From: Zygnema circumcarinatum SAG 698-1b
Lineage: Eukaryota; Plantae; Zygnematophyceae
Direction of reading: 5' to 3'
DNA length: 64,000 nucleotides
Assembly (NCBI GenBank): GCA_037447605.1
Contig: CM074808.1
Coordinates: forward strand, 1,488,001-1,552,000
The notes under the pieces were generated by a model. The model was not told where the DNA came from. It saw only the letters and a list, made by a program, of their open reading frames with translations, and made no database searches. Below, piece by piece: positions 23,379 to 34,775 of the stretch. Numbering within the stretch: position 1 is the first letter of the stretch; each line of letters opens with the position of its first letter. Position numbers and translations under genes: made by a program.

Positions 23379-25717
23379 GTACAAGTGCGCTACCCTACCC
23401 CGCTCGCCAGCAAAAACCTTCGTGTAGTCCCTGCAGCTGAGAACCCAAGCAGACGGCTTCACCGCAGCCGCCGCCGCCGCCTCCCCTCAACCCTCTCGCC
23501 CCACTCTGCGGCCCTGCAGGATCATACTGCAGCAAGCGAGCCAGCTAGCCAGTCAGCCAGCCTTGGGCAGAATATCTCGCCTTCCTCTCGTCCGAGGGCG
23601 CAGCGCGTGCGGCCACGTCGGCCTTTCGTCCCTCACTGCCACGCGGCGGCCGCCCATAGGCCAGCGGGCGCGCCTCGAAAGTGCCGCCCGCCCCGCGCTT
23701 TCGCCTTTCTTTCTTGCGCCTTCAGTGCCTGCGCCGCTTGTGCTTTGTTTGGCGCAGCCCTCCAGCCGACGTGCCCAAGCCCTGCCTGCCAAAGCAACGC
23801 GGGGCTCAGGGGGGGAAGGGCATTGGCGTTATGGGAGCCAATCCAGGTATGTCACGTGGCATCAGTTTTGACGTGGCACGCTATGAGTGGCGTGATCTTT
23901 ACGGAACACGCCAGCTGGTCCCACCCGTAGCGGTGCCCCACGCGGACCATGCCCACGCGGCTGCCCTCCCCCCCGCCGCGTGTGACATTGCTCGGCTGCA
24001 ACGAGTGAAGTGTGCGTGTGTATGGAGAGGGAAGTGGCATTGATCTCACAAGTGTACATGGCCATGGCATGTGCATGGCCTTCATTTGTGCTTGTTTCTT
24101 TGCGAATACTCCGAACGTTCGGCTCGCAACTACACGCCACGTACACGTACGTGGCGATGATCTGCGTGCGATTGGAGGTGCTCGACTGCGGTCGGTGTTG
24201 GAAATTTCGCAAAGTTTCGTAGACAGGGCTAAAAAGAACTATGAAAGTGAGCCGCGGCCATGAGAACTTGAGTATCTTATGTGTGTCAATGTCATACGTG
24301 GTCGTCACCTGACTCACCTATCAATCAGCGCGTTGGATAGTACGGTATAAAAGGAAGAGGACGGCCGTCCGACTGGGGATCAACGGCGAAACGCGAAACG
24401 AGTCACATGACAAACTGTGACCGCCGGATTCGCTTACTGAACGAGGAGAAAGCTGTGTAGTCGTCGCCTTCGTCAACCCGAAGGGGTGGTAAACTGACCT
24501 GCACGAGAAGTCAGTACTGTACCGTAAGAGAATGGCGGACTCCCCCGGTAGACGCCGCCTCATGTACATCTCGGAAGGTGAAATAGTCGTGAACGGTCTT
24601 GGAAAGCAACCGGATGGCATATGAAACAGCCGATCGGTTTCCACAAACACTGAGCTCTGTGACTGCCTCGACATTTCATGTTCACGCTACCGGCAAACAT
24701 GAAATGTCAAAACCTGCGCCGCATGCACTTTGCTGAATGCTGGATTATCATATCTGTCTGAATGTCCACTGCCTTGCATTCCAAATGCAGGGAAAGTGCC
24801 ATCCAGATTATGAGTTGTCCAATAAACACCATAGCAAAGAAACGGGTAAAGGGCCAAAATTTCCTAAGGAGACATGAGGACATGAGACTTAAGAACGAAT
24901 CATCAAGTCCACATGTCCCTGCCGATTCTGCAGAGCTTGTTCCAGAGTCTTAATCACGGCACCCAACACACTGGCCAAAAACCAACAATACTCGTTGGCA
25001 ACAATGATGGCTTCCAGCATATAAAAGTTTCGCTGTAGATAGACATTCTCATGCAATTACATGGACAAGAAACAGTCGGCAATAGTTGCTCACTTGAAGC
25101 TTCCCTCAACGATTCGTTTTTCAAAGTTGCTGCTCTCGACTTTGGAGTTACAGATTGTGTCAAGACTTTCGACTTCTGTAAAAAAATATTTTCTGAATGT
25201 AATGGGCCGCAAATTCATTGCAGTAATCAGAGAGGGTTTCAATATCCCTCGCAAAGTTTACAGGAAAATCCGAATTCATAGTCTCATTCCAACATTGGCC
25301 ACTCGAGGTAGCTGGAACGTTCACAAACTTTCTCGTGTAAACTAAAGTGCAAATGCATGGATGTGGAGGACAGGGGTTTTGCTCGAGAAATATTTGAACC
25401 TCTTGGAGGACATGAGGCAGCAAGTAATCGCCAGATGAAACTGAAGTGTGCTATGAGTGGGGGATCAGATTTAAAAAAGTTTCACACATATTCGAAATCA
25501 GTAAGCATTGTCCCGCGAAATCGATAGTAACAGCGAAATAAAGAATACTGCTTTCAAAACAAATTCAGTACAGCAACATGCTAAGCCGGAACCTCCCCCT
25601 ATCGCTGGAAAGTGACAACAGATAACTGACATCAGCAGACTACGAGAATTTCGAACAATCTGATCTTAGAGCCATATTGCAACTTATCTGAATTTGAAAA
25701 ATCGTTGTACACCATTG

Positions 25718-26560
25718 TCAAACATTCTGATCGTCGCTGGGGGACTCCGAAACAATTTCTAATGGGGCCTCAAATTCGAACTCCTCGCCGAATTCTTCAG
25801 CCGGATATTGCTCGCTCAGGTACTCCAACCCAGAACTGGTAAGCAGCACCTTATCAGCTCGAAGGATGTCGTATATATTCAATGTCCGAGGCGTCATCAC
25901 CTTGAGTTTGCTAATGTTTCGCGCAGACAACTCCACAGACTTGCTAAGATCCGTTGTAAAGAAAAGCGCATAATCCTGCTTGTAATCCACTCCCCACCGC
26001 GCAAGCGCTGCTACGAAATCCTTCGTCTTTGGAACCTCGAACTTGTCGTTCAAATCGTCAACCACAACCATGTTGACGCTAGCACTCTGCAAAGCTGTGC
26101 TGATCGCTAGCTGGTTTTCCTTACGATTGATCTTGATGGACCAGTCCTTAGGTCTTGGCCCGAACACGACTCCTCCTCCAGGCTTTAACGGAGTAGTACT
26201 GGAACCCTGCCTTGCCCTTCCCGTGCCCTTTTGCTTGAACGGCTTTCTGCCGCCTCCCCTCACCTCAGCCCTTGTCAAGGTGCTTGCTGTTCCCCTCCTT
26301 CGGTTCTGCAGCTGAGTAACTACCGCCCTGTGCACCACAGACTTTGCCGTATCCGGACGCGCAGTCTTCAAGTCCAAGGTGGCCTCCCCTGCCTTCTCCC
26401 CTTCAAATGTCAATATTGGAACATTCGCAGCCATGACAGTCCGCTGCTTCCCATCGTTCAACCGCCTCAGGCTCACGGCATCCTCTCCGAACAGCGATGA
26501 CCTCGCTGCAGGCGCAGCAATTGCTGCGCGCAGCCCCTGGAAAGAGGCGAGAGCCGCCAT
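25718..26560 (-). CDS. RPL4: Plastid 50S ribosomal protein L4 with transit peptide; intronless
   Basis: 280-aa ORF containing RRGTASTLTRAEVRGGGRKPFKQKGTGRARQGS...GGGVVFGPRPKDWSIKINRKE, preceded by an Ala/Ser-rich transit peptide. Confidence 0.97.
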   Translation of the reverse strand: MAALASFQGLRAAIAAPAARSSLFGEDAVSLRRLNDGKQRTVMAANVPILTFEGEKAGEATLDLKTARPDTAKSVVHRAVVTQLQNRRRGTASTLTRAEVRGGGRKPFKQKGTGRARQGSSTTPLKPGGGVVFGPRPKDWSIKINRKENQLAISTALQSASVNMVVVDDLNDKFEVPKTKDFVAALARWGVDYKQDYALFFTTDLSKSVELSARNISKLKVMTPRTLNIYDILRADKVLLTSSGLEYLSEQYPAEEFGEEFEFEAPLEIVSESPSDDQNV

Positions 26561-26577
26561 GGCCCCGGCGTGGTCTC

Positions 26578-26586
26578 AAACCCTAA
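26578..26586 (+). promoter_or_regulatory. Telo-box AAACCCTAA just upstream of the RPL4 ATG
   Basis: Exact motif 18 nt from the ATG. Telo-boxes are known from plant translation-machinery genes. Confidence 0.55.
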
Positions 26587-27254
26587 TTTCCCAAGGGCCC
26601 CCTCCGCTTCACCCCCTTTTCCGGGGTCCCTCCCACCCCGACCTCGTCCCCGCCGCAAGTCCCTCCCCGCAGAGGGCTATCCACATCCGACGGTCCAGCG
26701 CCCTCCTCTCTGCTGCTCCCAGCCGTCGGATCCACCGCACGGGGCTCAGGGCTTCACATGTTATACCGTGCGCGTAGTAACTGGACGTGTCAGCTACGAC
26801 CATGGAACGTGACATATATCCAGTTGAAAAAGTTCCGCGTTACAATATACAACGGAGGCGTTCCTTGTCACATGTGTGCGCGGGAACATTTCGCAAACTG
26901 TATCTTTCTTCTTCCTCTAAAAAAACTGGAAACTGGAACAAAGAAAGCGTTAAACCCTGATACCCATAAAACCGAACAGGTTGAGAAATTGAGAACGAGT
27001 TTACTTCATATTTCTCAAGAAAAGCATTTTCCATTTTTTCGCATTTTGTTTTCATTTTTTTTTCATTTATAGTTGACAGGTTCTGGTCCTTTTGGTTAGC
27101 CAGTTCTAGTCAAAGTATGCTTAGTCAGACTAGGCCGTATCTGCTTACTACCTGATCTTGTTCCTAACCATACCGCCAACTGCCAAAACGGTACGGTTCC
27201 ATCCGTACACCTGGGCAGGAAGGGGCGCCAGGGGGTTCTTCTGCTGCGGTAGCC

Positions 27255-30200
27255 ATGGCGACCCCGCCTGCTGCTTCTGCTGCAGCTCAGACTGCGGGCA
27301 GGAGGGCGGGCAGGATGAGAGGGCGCATGCGCAGGCGAGTTGCGTTCATCATTCTCGGTTTGACGGTCTGTATTGAGTGCGCGGCGGGGGGAGGGCGGCG
27401 TAGGGCGGATGAAGGGGAGGGAAGTGATCCCTCCAGGGCTTCACAGCTTCGCAGGGTAAGTGAGCTGGAGGGGAGAGGATCTGAGAGCAGCAGGAGAGAC
27501 GTTCGGATCTCTGCTGTTGAGGAGCTGGCAGTTGGAGACTTCTCTGGAGAAGAAGGGCATTCTGCATGTTCAAATTGTGGGCGGCGACTATTAAACTATC
27601 AGAATCGACGGCCATGGATTCACTCGCACCGTCTCCGCAAACGCCACGATATTTGCTGGGCGAGGTAATGCCATGAAACTGTTCGCTTGTTTCGAGCCGT
27701 GTCCTTTCTGCTCCGCTATTGATTGGTACGGTTGCCTTTTTAGACATATGATGTTGACAGGAATGCAGCTTTGTGATTTTCATGAAACTTGGTTGCACTT
27801 TTTTCCGCACCGATTGGAGCTGCTTCTCATCTAATCATGGCCCTGATACGAGACAGCAATCTCACCTGCGTCTTGCAATTTCAAGGAAAGGTATTCAGTT
27901 GAATCACTTAGCTCATTCGTGTGGAAGACTGGTAATCAAAATTCGCACCTTCTTTGTTAATGTTATTCAATCTACTTATCGTTTTTGTTTGTGGATCACT
28001 TAACAAACATGACCGCTTATTATCAATTGATGACTTTTGGGCCTGAATCAGGTCAGAAAAGCACCTCTACAACCCTTCTGTCGCAGGCATCAAATCTTCT
28101 CCGGCTCTCGTGGAGAAAATGGCTGGTAGGCCGCCTCTCACCTTACGACAGGACGAGGCTCAAAACTCGGTCAGTTCTTGATAATGATAAGGTGCCATTT
28201 CTTGTGTTTCTTTCTGCAGATGGCATAGTCCAATTGCCGCGAAGAGAAACTGCCTGCTGAATAAGTGTTTAGAGCACCTTTCCAGCCGGTGCAGATAGGG
28301 AGGTTACACTAAAGGTGCCAACAGATGATCAGCATTGAACTCCTGCAACGAGAAAAAGTAGTTCAGTATCATGATTCACAGCTTCTCTTCGATTTTTATT
28401 TTCCAATTAATGGCTTGGTGACATGACGTTCGTTGGCGATTCATGGAGCTGAGATATAGGTATCTACAAGTGAAACGTAGATTGCACGGTAGGACTTGGG
28501 GAATATGATCCGTGAGTTCTTACACTCTATAATTCGCTGTGTCAAACGTTTTCAGCATATATTCATCGCTATCGAAAGTGCTGGCAGGGCACTTCGGACT
28601 GGGCCTATGTCGTTGGTTTATCGCAAGGGGAAACCGCTGCCAACATATCTCGATTAGCAGGTTGCAAATATGCTATGGTCGACCTCAGTGACGGTCTTGG
28701 AAACAGGCTATTGTCATTCGTTTCCATTTTCATTTGGGCTCTACTGACTGACCGAGTGCTTCTAGTATCAAATACTCTTCTCGAGGTGAGCGCTCAAGTC
28801 CTCGTATAATCTCAACCTGGGTTTTTGCGCCTTTTCACATCCCGCTTTTCTCAGACGGTAAAGTTTCGTCCGAAGGAGAACAGAGCTCTTTCCATCGATG
28901 ACAGTGATGTAGGGCTTGTCTTTCCTTTAATCAAACCTTGTTCTTTTTTGAACAAGGTGAACAAGGTTTTTTTTTTTTTTTTTTTTTTTTTTCTTTTTTC
29001 GCGTTATTCCTCAACCCTGGACTGGTGTGCAGGCGACTCTTTGTGACTTACCAGCTCCGGAAAGTTCTTGGTGGGCGCCAAGCTGGCAGCAATCACCACC
29101 TGATGTGCCTTATGCTCATCTACTCAAGTAAGCCACGCACTAGAGCCAAGGTTTATGCATTTATATCCAAAGTGGTGAATCAGCTCTGAAAGTCACCCAA
29201 AATGCTGATCTTCTATCTTATTTCACTGTCCCTCGATGTTGGCCAACCATCGCATGGGTACAAGTTAAGTTAGTGGTAGTACCCTGCATCTCCTTGCAGA
29301 TTGGATAATGTGACCAAGTTGGAGCCTTCAAAGGAGGGGGCAATTCACGTCGCTTGGGTGGAAGTCAGTCATCGTCACGAGTACTCAGATGGGCCTGCTT
29401 TTTTTTGTGAAGAAACGCAGAAGGCTCTTCAAGAGCATGTTAAAACAGTGACTATTCAGAGCAACCAGTTTTTTGCAGCGGGTCTCTGGTTTGTGCCCTC
29501 CATGGCGGATGAGCTTTTGCGCCTCTTTCCTGACAGGTATTTGCTCTGTGCTGAGCCCATTGTGCTTACTTGATCAAAACGTTCGAGCTTGCAAGCTCGT
29601 CTCACTTAATTCACTGTCCAGAGTACACTTCATTCTGAGGGGAGAATGCTGAACCCCTCTCTGTGTTTGTTGCTCTGAATTCCTTCCCTCAGACGGTGCA
29701 TGGCAGGATGTTGTTTCGACATGTGGCACGTTACATTCTGAACCCCAACAATATCATATGGGACCGCATCACCAGGATGTTTCGCAATGACTATGGGGAT
29801 GCTCAGGAGCGAGTTGGCATGCAGGTATTTTGTCTATTAACTTTGTTCCTTTCAGTGGTATGATTGTCCAAACGGCGGGGGGATGCTGGATGTAGTGATC
29901 AAGTATTAGAAGTCACTTCCCGTTTTGCTTACAGCTGTGATTTCCTTTCTTCAGGTCAAGCTTATGTCCGATGCATATTTTTTTGGCATTTGATACCTTC
30001 TTCTTCTTCTTTCCTTACGAGTCGCCTCCTTTGTCATGTTTTGTGTTCAGATCCGAACTCGGTTAGAAGATGACACCGGGGTTCCGCCAGTGGTGTTGGA
30101 CTGCGCAGTCAATGTCTCGAGAGTATTGCCTCCTCCGAGTCTATCCGGCATGTGGGCCCGCGAACTGGATCAAGCAAATCAGCGGAATTCAAAAGTGGTT

Positions 30201-32025
30201 GCTGCTTATCTCAAGTAAGTCTGCGAACCTTCGACGCATTTACATCCGGCTTAGTTAATCACTTAGTTAGTTAGTTAGTTGGTTGGTCAGCTAGCTGGTT
30301 AGTTAGTTAGTTAGTTAGTTAGTTGGTTGGTTTAGTGTCGGGGCAAGCCCTGATTGCTAAGCAAGCAAGCGCTCTCAAAGCTTTGATGTAAGCCGCTTTC
30401 TTGAAGCCACCAACAGCTTCCTGAGTCTGCAAGTTCAAGGGAGCGTTTTCTGTCATAATCGATTGACTCTGAACTGCACTTTGCTTGTGTGAGCTCTTTC
30501 ATGTACGGCCTCTAAAGGACGCTCTGACTGGTTGTAGGCATAATGAGCCCAAAATGGCAGCAGTGTTCATCGCCTCCCTTAATGGCAGCCATGCAAACTA
30601 CCTTCGTCAGGTATACCGTGAGGGCCCTTCTCCAGATGGAACATATGTGGTGGTCCGCACAGAGACCGCAGACTCGTCTCAGGATGACAGTATAGAACAA
30701 GCACAGCGTGCATATGCGGAAATATGGCTGCTCAGCCTCAGGTAACCTCCATGGCCTTTGTGTGATCAGTCATCCGCATATCCGCCAAACCCATGTCGCA
30801 AACTTAAGGTCTACATGGGGGAATGTGATTACATGATCTAGAAGTCTGTTTTCCACACTTCAAACTGTGGAATGAAACATCGACTGGTTGTAACTTAGGA
30901 TGTTCCGCTTAAAAGTGTTTGGGCTGAGGCAGAGGTATTGAAGGGAGGTTTAGGAAGTAGCTTCGTCGCGTTATTCTAAAATCAAATTGTGTGTACTTTT
31001 TACTACCACTTAAGGAGATGGGGAATGGGAGCATTAGGTTACATCAGACGACTGTGCCTAATTCGTGTGACAATATATCTCTCATTCCTGAATGTGTGCA
31101 GCGATAAACTTCTTGTGAGTGCAGCATCCACCTTTGGATACGTTGCAGCGGGTTTAGGCGGCCATTACACATATATGCTTGACATCCAAAACTGGAATGC
31201 AGGACGGTTTTATGCACAGAACAGGTGGGCCCGTCGGCCTGCTGACAGCAGTGCTCTGTGATAGGATCCGTCATTACGTAATGGTTTTTGCAATACTGTG
31301 ACGTGAAGGTGCTTGCAACAGCATCTGCTTACCACTTCTCCTCAATTTTCCTTCTCCTGTTGGGTTGGCTTCTTACCTGAAGCAGGGCTTCCTGCTTCAA
31401 GCTTGTTGGCCCGGACCCTTGTTACCACTATCCTCCCCATATTCTGCAGTGCAGGTGAGATGTTTTGTCAAAGCGTGTTCTTGAGTTGGAACTTTTGAAA
31501 CGTCATCTTGTGTCTTGTTACTTCTGAAAAATCCAGCCATCTTGTAACGATGCGTGCCATAAGTTATGTATCAGATATTGTTGCTTACATTTCTGCACCG
31601 GGAAGCTCCCTCCTCGTTTTGCCTTTTCTCGTCTTTCTTATTTCCTTCTCTTGTTCATTGCTCCTATCGTGACCTGCGGAAGCTTCGGACCTTTGAATTG
31701 CAGGAAACCACTCACTCTTCGCGAAAGTTTTTTTTCCAAGTTTGAGCCGCTGGCAACGCATCCCTTCGTGCAGAAATGCCCTGACATGGCGCAGGGCATA
31801 GTGATAGTTCCTGAGGATGAAGGTAGAGGTAAATTCGATTGCACTCGTCCCGACCATTGTGCGTCGGTGAACGTCTGTTTTCAGTCACCAATTGCTCCGT
31901 TTCACTCCTTTGTTGCAACAGTACATGATCTCTCTGCAGAAGTCAACAATTCAGTTACTAATGCTAACCTTTTTGTCCCCGTGGCGCGCAGGGATTGGCC
32001 CAGGGCCCTGAGGGCTGCTCCTTGA
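27255..32025 (+). CDS. GT37 (xyloglucan/AGP-type) alpha-1,2-fucosyltransferase
   Basis: Type-II anchor (RRRVAFIILGLTVCI), then exons CKYAMVDLSDGLGNRLLSFVSIFIWALLTDRVLLV, IQSNQFFAAGLWFVP, LFRHVARYILNPNNIIWDRITR, AYAEIWLLSL / DKLLVSAASTFGYVAAGLGG, GPDPCYHYPP and HPFVQKCPDMAQGI. All are typical FUT1-family blocks. The 5' exon structure and 3' end are approximate. Confidence 0.9.
30262..30335. repeat. (TTAG/TTGG)n microsatellite in a fucosyltransferase intron
   Basis: Seen directly. Confidence 0.85.
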
Positions 32026-33607
32026 ACCCTGTGAAAGGAGCTGAAAGATCCTCACGACGTCTCCAGGAGGTGCACGGAACAGAGCTCGCAGAGAGCATGA
32101 AGCGGCAGGCGAGCAGGCGGACGCCATGGCGAGCTTTTCCTTCCTGGAATGAGCGAAGTCCGCATGAGCACAGGAACGAGTCATGAGCTTCAGCATGAAC
32201 ATTATTAGTAGTGTTACGGCACACACCTTCAGAATTCCGGCATTTGTGCTGACGTGACGCATGTTTCCCCAGCTTTTTGTGTAAAAACGCAGCGGCGATG
32301 GCACCAAAAGTATTGAGTTGCTGTCTTGGACACGACTCGTGCGTTGAGTCGCAACAAATTGGTCAGCGCTTTGAGAGTTTTAGGTGGTCGTAATGTGGAG
32401 AGGAGACTGCCTCCTTCATGTGGGGTTCCTATGAAGAAAGGGCGGGGGAAGTCTCACTTAAGGGAGGGCGTTGATTGTAGGGACAGAGGAGGGAGGTAGA
32501 AGGTGCATTTCTGCGCTCAGTTTTTTCTTGCTAAGCAAGTTGAGAAGGACAACATGGACAGCCTTCCCACCCATTTTTGTTCCGGGTGGCGAAAGGCTAC
32601 CGTTACGTGTACTTCCCTCAGGATGAAAACAAAACATTTTGGGATTGATTGTAGTCCCGGCGATATCGTCAAGTCGTGGCCACATAGAAAATTACAGTTC
32701 GGCCTCAGACCCGACTCGTACAGATACATAGTGTGGCAACGGCACAGTATGCGAATCCGTCCGCCTGTCACTTTTTTCTCCGTTTTGCAATTTTTTTGCC
32801 ATCGATGTTTTATTTTGCAATTGCTCTGGTGGGGACCGATGCCATGTTTGCAATCTACCTTCAGTTACGTCATAAATGCCCATCACGGAGGGCATCTTAA
32901 GTTAATGAGTGGAACATCTCGATGCTCTACCTAATGCATCAATTCATTGCACCTTACGACCAGCACCAAGATCCCAAGAAATGTAAATTTTGGCTGTTGG
33001 GTGTTTGATCCCTGCATGCTATTCGCTCCTTGAGTAAAGGAGAGGGAGGGTAGCGATGGGAGAGGTCCGAGGGAAGAAAGATGAGAGCAAAGGCGATGCA
33101 TAGGAGGAGAGAAACAACCCTCATGTTGAGCACTCGAGACTCTCGCAAGCAAACAAAGGCAGACTCTCCCAGCAAACAGAGGCCATAATCACTTTAATCC
33201 CCGAAGGACGATAGAACTTTTCTTGAAGCGAGTAGGCCCTCCGAATGGAACCACGAGAAGGCAAAATGATTTGAGTTGAGTGAATACGTTTGACTCTCCC
33301 TGAAGAGGCAACCGACGAAACCTAGGAGCCATTGGCAAGATATGGACATAAAGTGAAATGAATAATTCCGCGCCTTCGAACTCGATCCTCCAAAACAATC
33401 CCTGACTCCCTCCTCCCCTCCCCTCCTTCGGGTTTATTGCCTAAATCATATCTCTACCTCCTTTCGTTGTCTCCCATACGTGAAAACATCGACCCAACGC
33501 GACACCCCTTCGCCCACCGGCTTTCCTTCAATGTCTTCTTACAAGAATTCGCTCTCTACTCTTCAAATCCCCCCTAAAGAATGAGCCCTCCTCCCCAACT
33601 TGCTAGA

Positions 33608-34739
33608 TCAGATGAGCTCTCCTTTCTCCTCTCCCTTGGTCACAGCTCCGCTGCTGCTACCGGAACTCTCCTTCTTCTTCACTCCTCCCGCCTTACTCTT
33701 CGCCTTAGCTCTCGCCTTCCTCCTCTTCTCTCTCTCCCTCTTCTTCCTTTCATGCAAGTCTATCCACCGATAATCCTCCGGAACCTTGAAGGGATCCTCT
33801 GCCCATCTATTTGGATGATCTACCTCCTCTACCTCCCCTCCTACAACTTCCTCTCCCTTCCCGGGGCTCTCATTTCTGCTCTTCCCTCTCACCCAAGACA
33901 GCCAGCTTCCCCTCTTATTCGTGTCACTCTCTCTCTCTGGACTACCTGTGGGAGTGTGGAACTCCTCTCCTTCCTCCTCTCCCTCCTCCCTACTCTCCTT
34001 TGCTGGTGGGAAGAACTCCTCAAAGCAGGAGAAAGTGACAGAGACTCGGATGGTCGGGATGATGGGGATCGCTACCTGTGTAGAAAAAACAAGAATTCAG
34101 TTGAAATTTCAATTTCAACTTCAGTCGCAGTTTCCACCTTCGTAGGTTCTGCCAATAGCCCTAAAAACAGCAGGAAATTTAAGGGTGCCTTCATGGGCTC
34201 CACGGAGGAAACTCCATTCCAAAAAGCTAGGTAGGAGAGGAGTATAGGGAGCGGGAGAGGGGGTGCAGAGAGAGCGGGAGAGGGGCGAAGAAGAGGAAAA
34301 GGAGGAGAGATAGTGGAAGAGAGAGGAGGGCGGGGTGGAGGGAGGGGGGGGGCGGGGGAGGTGGGGCGAGGGAGGTGGGGGGATAGAGAGGGGGCGGGGA
34401 GGGGGGGGGAGAGGGGGAGAATGGGGAAAAGAGAGGGAGGGGGGAGGCAGGGGGGCGGGAGAGAGGGAAAGGGAGGGGGGGAGGGAGATCGAGAGAGAGA
34501 GAGAGAGAGAAAGAGAGAGCGAGAGAGAGAGCGAGAGAGAGAGAGAGGAGGGCGGGGGGGTGAGAAGGGGGGAAAGCACAGAGTTGGGGGGCGGCAAAGA
34601 GAAAAAGGGAGAGAGCGGCAGGAGGGAAGGGGGGGAAACAGGGCGAGGAGGGAAGGCAAAGAGAGCGAGAGCGAGAAAGAGGGACATGCGAGGGGAGGTG
34701 GGAGGGGGAAGAAGGAGAGGGAGAGAGAGAAAGAGAGGC

Positions 34740-34775
<36 letters not shown>

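Noticed and set aside
31951-33175. Possible - strand secreted or membrane gene starting MRVVSLLLCIAFALIFL
   Set aside because: It has a signal-like start, but I could not build a phase-consistent multi-exon model or recognise a domain. It remains possible.
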